Positions 39,020 through 51,561 of a stretch of DNA of 64,000 nt are shown piece by piece. This DNA is from Octopus bimaculoides (Eukaryota), in contig NC_068996.1 of NCBI RefSeq assembly GCF_001194135.2, forward strand, positions 37,815,710 to 37,879,709, read 5' to 3'. Position 1 is the stretch's first letter. Each line of letters opens with the position of its first letter. Position numbers and translations under genes: made by a program. The notes beneath the pieces were generated by a model. That model did not search any database. It was not told the origin of the DNA and worked only from the letters and a program-made list of their open reading frames with translations.

Positions 39020-40050
39020 TATATATGTAATCCTATCTTGTCAGGTGACTAAAAGAATCTTCTAGAGACACTGGAGTTTAAAGACTTCCAGTGTCCTGTT
39101 TATTGGCTGCTCTGTGTCTGGGCACCCATGATAGATGCCCAGTAAAAGAGAACTTTGGCAGCACATTTCCAATGACTGCCCATTCTATTCTTTCTAAGCA
39201 GTTATCCCATATTAAAGATGTCTTTTACTGGACATCCACCATGGGTGCCCAGACACAAAGCAAGTGTGCCTATACAACAGGACACAGTGTAGCTAGCCAT
39301 AGTGGTTCATACAGAGGAGACTTGAATTACTCATGCAGACTAGATGACCAAACTGTTTTAGTTGATGCCTGTACAGTGTTTAGAAAGAATCAAGTGGGCA
39401 GTCATTGGAAATGGTGCTGCCAAGGTATCTATCAGACTTGGGAGAGTGTGACTGGTTGTACTGTTGCATCGAGGAAATGTTAAAGTGAGAAGGTGATGAA
39501 GATGACTTCAATTTTGTGATGTTAAATGATAGATGTAGCTATTTATAATCAGTAATAATGAGGTTGCCAGTGAGAAAGATATCAAACAGTGTGTACTGGA
39601 ATCATTTCTTAAGTCCATCAGTCAGGTTTTGATCACAATCTAGCTCGCCATAGTGATTCATACAGAGAAGACATGAGTCACACATGCACACTACATGATC
39701 AAACCATTTTAGTTGATGCCTGTACAATACTGCAGGTGTTAGTTTTAACAGAAGGTTTATAGGTATGTAACTCTATCTTGTCAAGTGACTAAAAGAATCT
39801 TCTAGAAACACTGGATTTTAAAGACCCCCAGTGTCCTGTTCTATTGGCTGCACTTGCTCTGTTTCCGGGCACCCATGGTGGATGTCCAGTAAAAGACAAC
39901 TTTGGTATGAGATAGCTGTTTAGAAAGAATCAAGTGGGCAGTCATTGGAAATGGTGCTGCCAAGTTATCTATCAGACTTGGGAGAGTGTGAATGGTTGTA
40001 CTGTTGCATCAAGGAAATGTTAAAGTAAGAAGGTGATGAAGACATGACCT
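39020..40050. repeat. Mosaic of direct and inverted duplications, possibly of an RTE remnant
   Basis: Modules repeat directly (39020-39150 vs 39765-39900; 39379-39510 vs 39919-40050; 39290-39375 vs 39641-39730) and inverted (39157-39285). One minus frame reads LGSTISNDCPLD, which is RTE-like. Confidence 0.75.
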
Positions 40051-40469
40051 CAGTTATGTGTATTAATTGGCGGGCCTAATCATTTGTAAACTGTAATGAC
40101 TGCCAAAATTGTAGTCCATACGTCTTCCAGAGTGGAGTGTGGTTTACCAGAACACAATTGTGCTCTAATACAAAGATATGTTCATATTAAGTACGGTGAC
40201 AGTCTTGCAAATTTCTAATGTTCTAATGGTTCCAGTTGCATTGACTGTTATTTGTCTCCTGCATATGCAAGTATGTATGTTTGTATGTATGTATGTATGT
40301 ATGTATGTATGTATGTATGTATGTATGTATGCATGTAAAGATGTATGTATGTACTGTGTCTGTGTATATATGTGCGCATATGCATGTATGTATGTGTGTA
40401 TGTGTGCATGTATGTGTGTATGTTTGTGTGCATATATATTTGTGTATATATATGTGTGTATATATATGT

Positions 40470-40660
40470 GACCGCGTGTGTATCATTGGTAATTTTCTGT
40501 TTCTGTCTTCCCTTCTTTGGACTTTTTCTATATTTCTGATAAAGAGCTCCGCTCGAAACGTAAAACCCTCTTTCTTCTCTTTCCTTTCCTGAGCGTCCAA
40601 TAACACTGAACTTATTCCACGTCCTCGCGTTGTTGTTTTTTTCTTGCTTGTTCATGTTTG
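40470..40660 (+). mobile_element. Penelope-like pLTR-type fragment with a decayed hammerhead motif
   Basis: tttCTGATAAaGAGCtccGCTCGAAACGTAaaa at 40533-40565, an arrangement typical of Penelope-associated minimal hammerheads. Confidence 0.55.
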
Positions 40661-40764
40661 GATTGACTATATATGTATATATATATGTGTGTGTGTATTT
40701 TATATATGTATGTATGTACGTATATATATGTATGTATGTACGTACACGCACACAAATACACAAA

Positions 40765-41590
40765 TGTGTGGCCGATGATGTGCAGACATGCACTGAGGCA
40801 GTGACATCTCCAACGTTTCCTCCATGGTTAGCTTGTGTGTTCGCCTTTTGTCAGACTCGCTTATCCGCAGCTAGTCTCTTTGACTGAACTGGATCAAGCA
40901 TTAACCGAGTTAGGCTGCCAGGCAATTTCAGTGCCATTAGGCGTTCACACTCTCTGTCAGTCGGACACAGCAGACGGCCTGTTATAGAGATTTAGTGACA
41001 GGCAAGTATGATGACGTTCTCGGGAAGACTGAGCATCGACGAGTATCAACTGGCTGGTCTGTCCCGGAGGACTTTCGAGCAGGGGCTCGTTGATAATTTC
41101 CAGAAATCTGCGCCCTATGCAATGCTACTGAAGGGCATTGCTGATTTAGGATAAAATCTACAGTCACTGAGTGCCATCAGCCAGGCCTACACGAAATGTG
41201 CGCAGGGTGACGAAACTGTTTCGCACGCGTCTAGTGCCGGAGCATTGCTGACTGATCTCGAATTGTCACGAGTAGGACGAATCCAGCTATCGGCTGAGTC
41301 CATTGTGATAATCGTCCTGTTGTCTTATTGTGATTGTGAAGGACAGGCAGTGTTTTATCTGTCTGTTGGACTTAGCAAAAGAGGTTGTGTGGTGGACCAA
41401 TTTGTAAGGGCTGAAGATAGACACTTTCCTCTTTGTTCAAGCCCTCATTAACGTTTTCAAGTTTCACTTGAAAAAAAGGAAAGTGAAGGTAGAGACGCAC
41501 GTGCTGCCTTCCAGAAAATTTTTGAAAGCTGGGTGAATGTGACAAGAATGATCCGAGTGAACGGACCTGTTCTGTGCATGCGACTGTAAA
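40765..41590 (+). mobile_element. Tx1/L1-clade LINE, ORF2 3' end (degenerate)
   Basis: Frame-broken translation FPPWLACV...DNFQKS...KCAQGDETVSHA (CCHC-like knuckle)...LSRVGRIQLSAESIV...WVNV. Confidence 0.7.
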
Positions 41591-41924
41591 GAAAGTATGG
41601 ATTGCTTAAGGATGATGAATGAAACATCCATGTTTCCAGATGTGAATTATCCAAACCCCCAAAAATTCCTCTCAACACATGGTTATGATACTCCCCTATT
41701 ACTTCTGCTTGTGATCAGAGATGCACATATCGTCAGCCACCAAGGGATATGCTCAACTGGTTAAGGTCAAACAACTGAGAAGCAAATCTGTGGTATTGAG
41801 CAGAATATTTGCTGTAGGCCATCTTTTATACCAAGACAAAACAATGTACATGATAACACTTCCAATCAATTAAGATCAGAAGCCATGAGGGCCAATGCCT
41901 GGTACTTAGGTGGTGAACTGTCAA

Positions 41925-42360
41925 AATCGTTATCGTGCCGGGCGAAATGCTTAGCTGCATTTCGTCCGTCTTCACGTTCTATGTTCAAATTCCGCCGAGG
42001 TCGACTTTGCCTTTCATCGTTTCGGGGTTGATGAAAATAAGTACCAGTTACGCACTGGAGTCGATGTAATCGACTAGCTCTTACCCACCCAACTTATGGG
42101 CCTTGTGTCCTTAGAAGAAAGGATTATTNNNNNNNNNNGTAGAAAGGATTGCTATTATTTTTATTAAGGCGGCGAGCTGGCAGAATCGTTAGCACGCCGA
42201 GTGAAATGATTAGCGGCGTTTCGTCTGTCTTCACGTTATGGGTTCAAATTTCGGGATCGATAAATTAAGTACCAGTGAAACACTGGGGTCGATGTAATCG
42301 ACTAGCTCTTACCCACCCAACTTATGGGCCTTGTGTCCTTAGAAGAAAGGATTATTATTA
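41925..42360 (+). mobile_element. Two SINE family B copies separated by a 10-N gap
   Basis: Both end in an identical about 65-nt tail (gatgtaatcgactagctcttacccacc...gaaaggattatt), so this may be an assembly duplication. Confidence 0.75.
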
Positions 42361-43261
42361 TTATTTTGAGTATAAACTGATGGCTTTTAGAGGTTTCAAC
42401 TATATCTTTTGAAGAAATAAAGAAACTATTTAGCTTATCATTATTTCCTTTTTAAATTTGACGAAATATGTTTCCATGTATTTTTCTTCTTTTCAACGTT
42501 CTACAGATATACATTTTAACTATCTGCAGGAAATCCATTTAAATTTATTCAAAGTAAAATATTTCGTGAGAAGCGTTGATAGTTACGGGTAGAGAATATT
42601 CCACCCTACTTATTTATGAGTCTGTTGTTTGACAAGATCTTAAGTCGTTTTGACATTTCCCCTGAGATATGATGATGCATCACTATGTTTTAATAGGAAA
42701 CGCCTGTCGTTGAGAATATTTCTCAAATAAATCATCCTTTCTCATAATAAAAATAAACAATAAAGAAGATGATAAATTTGTAATGTTATCTAATGTACAC
42801 TGAGTTGACGCAATAAATAATATTTAAGAACTGGGGAAGTCGACATATTTTGTTGTGTCTGGAGAGTCATATTGTCTTAATGCCTTATTATCTAACACAC
42901 ACACTGGTTCGATTTTCGCTCATTCATTATTTATATTTTTTCTTTTCCAAAATTTTCGTTGCTCTTGCTTCAACACACGAATTCGCATAAAGAAACTTGT
43001 AAACCAGATACGAAAACGAAGTCGACATAATTAATTATAAAATCAACTCCACCACTTCCATCTTCACTCTGGTCCATGAAGGTGCAAAGTTTACTGCGGT
43101 GGTTCTCAACCGGGATCCATATGGCCCTTAGGGTTCCTTGGAGTTCCAAGATTTTGTTATTAAACTTTATCTGCAATAAATTGGTTATATTTCTACAATA
43201 CACAAAAAATATTTTAATAATTGTTCTTATACAATTCCTAATATTTCATTATAAAAACATA

Positions 43262-43672
43262 ATAAGAAGGCGGCGAGCTGGCAGAACCGTTAGCACGATG
43301 GGCGAAATGCTTAGCGGTATTTCGTCTGTCTGTACGTTCTGAGTTCAAATTCCGCCGAGGTCGACTTTGCCTTTCATCCTTTCGGGGTCGATAAATTAAG
43401 TACCAGTTAGGCACTGGTATCGATGTAATCGACTTTATCCCTTTGTCTGTCCTTGTTTGTCCCCTCTGTGTTTAGCCCCTTGTGGGTAGTAAAGAAATAA
43501 GAAACGTTAGAACGCCGTGCGAAATGCTTAGCGGTATTTCGTCTGTCTTTACGATCTGAGTTCAAAGCCGAGGTCGACTTTGCCTTTCATCCTTGGGGAT
43601 CGATAAATTAAGTACCAGTTGCGTACTGGGGGTCGATCTAATCGACCGACCCCCTCCCCCAAAATTTTGGGC
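43262..43672 (+). mobile_element. Two head-to-tail young SINE family B copies
   Basis: aaggcggcgagctggcagaa head, gagttcaaattcc box B and gtcgactttgcctttcatcc core; second copy starts at about 43500. Confidence 0.85.
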
Positions 43673-44090
43673 NNNNNNNNNNNNNNNNNNNNNNNNNNNN
43701 NNNNNNNNNNNNNNNNNNNNNNNNNNNNNNNNNNNNNNNNNNNNNNNNNNNNNNNNNNNNNNNNNNNNNNNNNNNNNNNNNNNNNNNNNNNNNNNNNNNN
43801 NNNNNNNNNNNNNNNNNNNNNNNNNNNNNNNNNNNNNNNNNNNNNNNNNNNNNNNNNNNNNNNNNNNNNNNNNNNNNNNNNNNNNNNNNNNNNNNNNNNN
43901 NNNNNNNNNNNNNNNNNNNNNNNNNNNNNNNNNNNNNNNNNNNNNNNNNNNNNNNNNNNNNNNNNNNNNNNNNNNNNNNNNNNNNNNNNNNNNNNNNNNN
44001 NNNNNNNNNNNNNNNNNNNNNNNNNNNNNNNNNNNNNNNNNNNNNNNNNNNNNNNNNNNNNNNNNNNNNNNNNNNNNNNNNNNNNNNNNN

Positions 44091-44147
<57 letters not shown>

Positions 44148-44449
44148 TTTCCGCTACCAGACATTGTATGTGTGCTAGAAACTAATATTATATAATTTAA
44201 CAAGTATTTAAAATATTTGATATTTAATTAATTAAATATTTGAAAGCCTTTCGTAACGAACTATGTCAAACAAGAATTAGATAAAAGGAAAAAAAAACAA
44301 ATAAACGGAGAAAAAACGGTAAGCGAAGACTGTGACACGGTTATTGTTTACAATTTAACCTTTCGCCTGTCCAAAGCATTTTGGTAAATTTGTCCAAAAC
44401 ATCCATGTTTGTTTTCAGAATTCTTGTAATTGGATGTTAATTTGGAGGA

Positions 44450-44680
44450 TTACATACATACATACATACATACATAAATGCATACACACATACATACATG
44501 CATGCATGCATACATACATACATACACACACACATACATACATACATACATACATACATTCATACATACATACATATATAATACATACATACATACATTC
44601 ATACGTACATACATACATATGTACATACGTACATACATACATACATACATACACACGCACACATACACACACACACACAT
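44450..44680. repeat. (TACA)n/(CA)n array left of Tigger
   Basis: Read directly. Confidence 0.9.
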
Positions 44681-44681
44681 A

Positions 44682-46965
44682 CAGTAATCACTCGCCATAT
44701 CGCGGTTCAACTATCGCACCTTCAGTACATCGCGGGTTTTTCTGGCTAATATATGTAAATTTATATCGCGGACTCCCCAGTTTATCGCGGGTTTCTGCGG
44801 CCGATAGGTATTTATGTTTTTTTTTTTTTTTAGATTTTAATTATTTCCGTGGTAAAATAAGCATTTTCACGCCTAAAAATTAATAAATTTATAATTAAAA
44901 ATACAGTTCAGTACTGCACTGTATACACATTAATTAAAATATATTAAAAGACAATATGTAGTGTACCAAAGATGAGTAAACAAAGAATCACATATACTGT
45001 ATGGAAAACGAAACTCGGGAGGCGAGTGTGGGGTGTTGTTTTGCATTTGTGTGTAAAATTGTGTATATATTTCAAGCCCTACGATGTCGTCCAAACGTTC
45101 TGCACCTTCTAAGGCTTCTGGCAGCGAACCCAAGCGCCAGAGGAAGATGCTTACTATAGCAGAGAAGGTGAGACTCCTCGACATGCTTAAGGAAGAGAGA
45201 AGGTATGCGAATGTAGGCTGCAATTACGACATCAATCGCTACACCAAGAAGGACGAGAAAAATATAAGGGCGACGGCAAATGTGAATTTTAATAAGACAG
45301 CGAAAAGAGTGGTAACTTCCGGCAATAAGGACATCGTAATGATGTGGTCTCTTTGGATCAGTGACTGCAGGAAGAAGAACATTGCACTCGATACTAACAC
45401 CATCTCTGAGAAGGCGAGGCAGCTGTACGGCAAGTTTACGGGTGACGGTGACGACGACCCAGACGACTGTGAACCACTGCCATCTACGGCACCTCCCACC
45501 AATTCAACCGAAATTAATGCCAACAAGAGCTGGTTTGATAAACTCCAAAGGAGGTTCAACATTAAGAGTATGTTCCTACATTGAGAAGCTGCTTCTCCTA
45601 ACAAACCCGCCGCTGAGGAGTACGTGAACGAGACGTTCAAGACCATTGTCGAGGAAAGGGGATATTCACGTGAACAAGTTTTCAATATGGATGAGACTGG
45701 CCTCTTTTGGAAACGGATGCTATCGCAGACTTCCATTATGAAAGAGGAGACCAAAGTCCCTCGATTTAAGGCGTACAAAGATCGCGTCATAATTATACTG
45801 TGGAAATGCTGTGGACTTTATGATGAAGCCAGAACTTATCTATAAGTCCAAAAACCCAAGGGCCCACAACAACAAAACTAAGAACCTGCTGCCAGTGAAT
45901 TGGATGGATGCACAACCAGAAGGCATGGATAACGAAACCACTGACATCGGATTGGTTTCACCAGTGCTTCATCCTCGAAGTCAAGGTTTTTTCTCGCTGA
46001 AAAAGGACTGGAAATCAAAATGCTTCTCCTAATGGACAATGCTGAAGGTCACGCTCTTGACCTGAGGTATGAGGGCATACAAATCGAATTCTTACCGCCG
46101 AACACCACATCTCTGATTCAGCCCAGGGATCAAGGCGTTATTCGTACTTTTAAGGCACTCTATAAGCGAAACTGCCTGCAACACCTGGTCGAAGCTATGG
46201 ACTCGGATGATAACTTCTCGCTGAAAGAGTACTGGCGTGGGTACACCATTGCAACATGTCTCCAAAATGTTCAGAAGGTCATAAAGGAGATGAAGAACGA
46301 AACTTTGAACACCAGCTGGAAGAAATTGTGGCCAGAAACGGTCCACGACTATAAAGGATTCTCTCCTGACGAAATCCCGAACTCTGCAATAGATACGGCA
46401 GTGAAACTGGAAAAATTGCTAGGAGGAAATGGTTTCACCAATATGACTACCAAGGAAGTCAATAACTTGATCGCAACCGACTCAGATCCGTTAACGGATA
46501 AAGATCTGACAGAGATAACGAAGTCAGCAAGTGAGGACGAAGAAGAATAACGAGAATCCAGGGGAATAAGAAGTCGGCTTATCACTAGAACGCCTCTCAA
46601 CTCTAGCAAAAATACCAACAGAACTTCAGAGAATGGTGGGAGATTGGGACCACCAGATGATTCGTGCGTTGCAGTTCAGAAATGCTATCGACGGAGCCAT
46701 GGAAGTTTATAAAAACCTCCTCACACAGAAGAAAAGGCAACGCCTATCACTATGTTTCTCACCCGCAAAGAAGAGAAGACAGGGGTACTCCTAAGAGTGT
46801 GGGAAGAGTTTACAAAAGCTTAAGCATATAAAAAATAATAAAATAAATAAATACAAATTATAAAAGTAAAAAATAAAAATATACAGTACAGTACTGTTTC
46901 TACTTTGCGGATTTTCACCTATCGCGGGAGGTTTTCGAACAGTCGCGATAGTCGAGGGATCACAG
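44682..46965 (+). mobile_element. Tigger/pogo DNA transposon, near full length
   Basis: Imperfect TIRs cagtaatcactcgccatatcgcg / cgcgatagtcgagggatcacag, TA on both sides, about 2.28 kb, encodes a TIGD1-like transposase. Confidence 0.9.
45084..46770 (+). pseudogene. Tigger-type transposase pseudogene (HTH + CENP-B HTH + DDE_1; DD30D)
   Basis: KRQRKMLTIAEKV; VFNMDETGLFWK; LLMDNA...IQPRDQG with 30 residues between D2 and D3. Broken by TGA at 45582-45584, frameshifts near 45800 and 45905 (extra gatg), and a stop at 46548-46550. Confidence 0.88.
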
Positions 46966-46974
46966 TACATATAA

Positions 46975-47478
46975 GCATGCTTGCGTGCATACATACATAC
47001 ATACATACATACATACATACATACATACATGCATGCATGCATACACACATGCATTTATACGTACGTACATACATACATACATACGTACATACATACAAGA
47101 TAACATACATACATGCATGCATACATACATACATGCATACATACATACATGCATACATAATACATAAATGCATATATACCTACGTGCTTACATACATAAA
47201 TGCATACACACGTGCATACATGTATACATACATACACACATACATAAATACATACATACATACAAGAATACATACATACATGCATACATGCATGCATACA
47301 TGCTTACATACATAAATGCATACATACATACATGCATATATACATGCATACGTGCATACACACACACACGCATACACACACATATACATGCATACACACA
47401 CACACACACATATACATGCGCGCGCACACACACTCACACACACACACACACACACATACACACACACACACACACACT
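46975..47478. repeat. (TACA)n/(CA)n array right of Tigger
   Basis: Read directly. Confidence 0.9.
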
Positions 47479-47614
47479 CAGATTAGCCCTTATTCCATTC
47501 GTTCTGGGTAATATAAATCTTTCCTTTCATAAATCTCAAGCTATTCTCGAGGAACTTGAGAATACGTATTATACATGATGCATGGACGCCAGGGAAATAT
47601 ATCTTCTGTAACAC

Positions 47615-48037
47615 ATTTCTTACTTTCTTTCCTTCTTTTTTTCCTTCATTCTTCCTTCATTCTTTTCTTTCCTTCTTTATTTCTTTTTCTTTCCATCCTT
47701 CCTTCCTTTTTCCTTCTTTCTTTCTTCCTTTCCTTCTTGTTTCTTTCTTTTCTCCAATTTTTCCTTCCTCCATTCCTTCCTTCTTTCTTTGCTTGTTTCT
47801 TTCTTTTACTTTCTTTCTTTTTTCCACCTTTCTTTCCTTTTTCGTTTCTTTCTATTTTCTTTCCTTCTTTCCTTCTTCCTTTCTGTCTCTCTTTTCTTCT
47901 TTCTTTCTTTCTTTCTTTCTTTCTTTCCTTCTTTCCTTCCTTCCTTCCTTCCTTCCTTTTTTCCTTCTTTCCTAATTTCTTTGTTTCATTCTTTCCTTTC
48001 TTTCTTTTTTCCTTCCTCATTTCTTTATTTCTTTCCT

Positions 48038-48073
<36 letters not shown>

Positions 48074-48370
48074 ACTTTCTTTCTTTCTTCCCTTCTTTCT
48101 ATCTTTCTCTTCTTCTTTCCTTCCTTCTTCATTTCTTTCTTTCTTTCCTTCTTTCCTTCCCTCCTTCTTTCTTCCTTCCTTCCTGCTTTCTTTCTTTCCT
48201 TCTTTTCTTTCTTTGTTTCTTTTTCTTTCTTTGTTTCTTTGTTTCTTTCTTTCTGTTTTCCTTCCTTCCTTCCTTCCTTCCTTCCTTTGTTTCTTTCTTT
48301 CTTTCTTTCTGCCTCCCTTCCTTTCTTTCTTTCTTCCTTTCTTTTCTTCTTTCTTTCCTTCTCTTTTTGT
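47615..48370. repeat. Polypyrimidine (TTTC/TTCC)n tract, about 750 bp
   Basis: Read directly; almost only C and T on the + strand. Confidence 0.95.
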
Positions 48371-49261
48371 TATTAAGTAATGATTTTGCCTCGTAGAGAA
48401 AAGAAACCCAGTAACATCGACAACATTTCAAAATTATTTTGGTAAACCTATACTGTCTCAAATCTTCTAGAATGTCATGAACATTAATTATTCCAATTTC
48501 AACCCCCACTTCTTCTCACCCTTCCCCAAAAATATAATGAATTTGTTTCATTAAAGCAAAAAAGAAAGAAAGAAAATAAGAAAGCAAGAGAGAGAGAGAA
48601 TGAAAATATTTCAAAATCGTTTAAAGAAAGATAATTAATTAATTAATTTTTACTAATATATCACACGAGGACTTGGCGTTCAATTTTAATCAATGCAAAA
48701 GCGTATCTAAGAAGTCAGTTAGTTGTCTCACTTGAAGAAATAGCAGCGAAATCTCCCTCAAATAAACAGATTCCGAGTTAGATAAGTGAAGGGACAATGG
48801 TTTTTCTTTGTTGTAGATATAACTTACTCTGGTGGTGGTGGTCATGATTGCAATATTTGTCTTTGGGCAAAATAAAACCAACACACTGTATTCTTATGAA
48901 CCTCTCCACGTCTACCCTCATCACGCGAACCACGAACTTTCAGTATTACAAACTGAACATTTCCTGCACCAGTCAAGACAAGACAATGAGGGAACCTCTA
49001 TGATGTCAGTTGACCAGCTAGATATAGCAGTCGAACTTCCCTAAAAATCGGACCTTACCGTTTTTATAAGAAGTAGTAAGAACACATCTGATAATGTAGT
49101 CAGCCTTCATATTACCGTTACTGAATACTAAAAACAAGCAAAAAAAAGGGGGGGGGACAAAAACGAGTGGTCACAGTTGGAACGTCTTTGATCTTCTGTA
49201 TGTTCTATCGAAGCTGAACTCGGGTTAAACAACACAACGACGATGACGACAGCAGCAACCA

Positions 49262-49293
<32 letters not shown>

Positions 49294-50949
49294 ACATCAA
49301 CAACAGCAACAACAACAATAACAGCAATAACCAGAAACCAACCAACCAACCAACCAACCAGCCTACAATGAAACAGTCTTTCGGTTCTATTGACAAAGTA
49401 TTTATGGAAACCATAATATACGAAGTTCCTTAGAATTTTTCTTTCAATGTACTCGAATTTTTGTTTGTTACAAGACTCTTTTAGTATTCATTCGTTTTAT
49501 TGAGAAGGAAGCGTGGTTCTCCATACTTTCAAAGTTCTCCTAGAACGACGCCATGTTTTTTGTCGGTTATCTCAGTTTTTGCTTAAACTGTGATCTTGCA
49601 GAATTTACTATCATTTGCACACATCGCCTTAGGTTTCTTAACCATACTTACAAAATACATTTGGCAGCAAGTATTCTTTGATAAGCTGTGGGTATTTCGG
49701 AGCAAGTTGCTTACATCTACCCTTACAAAATATCGGCGTTTGCAATACTTTTTTCTGAAATTCACACAGAATTTTTCAGAATGCAAGAGAACACACCAAC
49801 AACCTTCCTTCATTTCCTGTTTGGAACTTAACCTTCAGAATCATTGTGCAAAAAATAAATAAATAGATAGACAGATAAATAAATGGATAAGAAAAATAAA
49901 TAGATAGATAGATAAAAAAATAAATAGACAAATAAATGAATAAATAAGGAGAGAAAGAAACATGAAATTGCAAGTTTTAGCAATTTTTGCAGTTTCTGAA
50001 TTCGCCTTCTCCACGCTGATATCTCTTTAATAAATAGATATACCAAAAATTTTATTTTTAAACTTGCAAGTGAATTCTACCGTTATTCTATGTCTATCTA
50101 ATATGAATTCTGGTGATGAGAATGTTGAAATTACAATTTAAATCCCTTCTTTTAATGACAAGCCTATAAATTCTAACTTACTGCATATTGCCTGCCACAA
50201 CCGCATAGAATAGGAATTACATTCGTATTTTGCATACATGCTTGCATGTGTATATACATATACACACATATGCATTTAAATCAGAACCTATCTTTCTCTC
50301 TTTGATATANNNNNNNNNNNNNNNNNNNNNNNNNNNNNNNNNNNTATATATATATATATATATATATATGATCTGACTCACTGCACTTCACATGTTGAAA
50401 TTAGATATGGTGCATGGCGACGTAATTAGCAACATATAATCTGCAGCTGCGCACCAACAGATAGTAAGAGCTAACAATAAAAAAAAAACTGCATATTTAC
50501 TCTAACCTATATTACTGAATCTACATCAAGGACATTGACTGCAACGTTATCAACAACATACTGTGCAACAGCATTATTCTGTTTAAAAATTGTGCAGCAG
50601 ATATCGTACAATGCAGATCAGTCGTAGATACACCAGGCTACCACACCCAAATTCACGAAAATGGTTGCAACAGACTTTTAATTATGCCGTGAAGAATACG
50701 GATACTGTATTAAAATTGATTAATGGAGAAGTAAATAGCTATGTGGTCGCTCGACTTGTGGGAAATAGTAGCAAAAATCCTTCCTCAAATTCCATCTTAC
50801 TTTCTTAAATAAGGTAAGGAATATTAGATAATGTAATCCAGATATACATTATATCAGGAAAAAGATTACATTGTCACGGTTGGAACGTCTTTGGTTATAA
50901 GTCTGCTCGATCGTTGCAGATCAGGGAATAAGCAAAACATATATATTGA

Positions 50950-51260
50950 TTTTACTTGGTTAGGAAACAAAGACGGAATTTCCATGTCCCCATTAGGGGA
51001 TGTTTTTCGAGATGTTTGTTCATAGAGGCAGGATAGGTTTGGTGTAAAATGTCTAGGTTGTATGTAGATGATATCTATGTGAGGTTGTATCAGATGATGT
51101 TTCATGGGTAAAGGATACTTTAAATTGTATAGGAGTGAACATTGCTTGTGGTGACTGAGCAAATTGTTAATGCACAGACGGAATAAGTATATGGCACACC
51201 AAAGCTCTATTGTGTTCGTAAAAGAGAGTCTTTTCAATGTATCTTGCGGTGGTGCAATCA
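50950..51260 (-). mobile_element. Highly degenerate Penelope-like ORF remnant
   Basis: LLSHHKQCSLLYNLKYPLP...SLFPNQVKSIY loosely resembles the Penelope RT-to-GIY-YIG linker; weak. Confidence 0.3.
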
Positions 51261-51496
51261 AGCGAGAGGTTTAAAACCTAAGAGGCGAGAGACGAGCGGA
51301 GCTCATCGTAGAGAGGCTTAGCCAAAAAAATACTAATTTCAGATACGATCACTGATGTCAAAAGCAATGACAATGCTCCCAAGAGAGGGACCACTGGTGG
51401 GTGTCATTGGACAGTAGGTCCCCAATGCCCAAGAGACTTAGTGTTGTAGAAGCCATTTGTACTGGCGGTGAGTGATGAAGGAGAAGGAGAGAGAGA

Positions 51497-51561
<65 letters not shown>

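Noticed and set aside
43097-43260. hAT-like left terminus cggtggttctcaacc
   Set aside because: No matching right TIR or TSD was found (SINE insertions and an N gap follow), so it is not annotated as an element.
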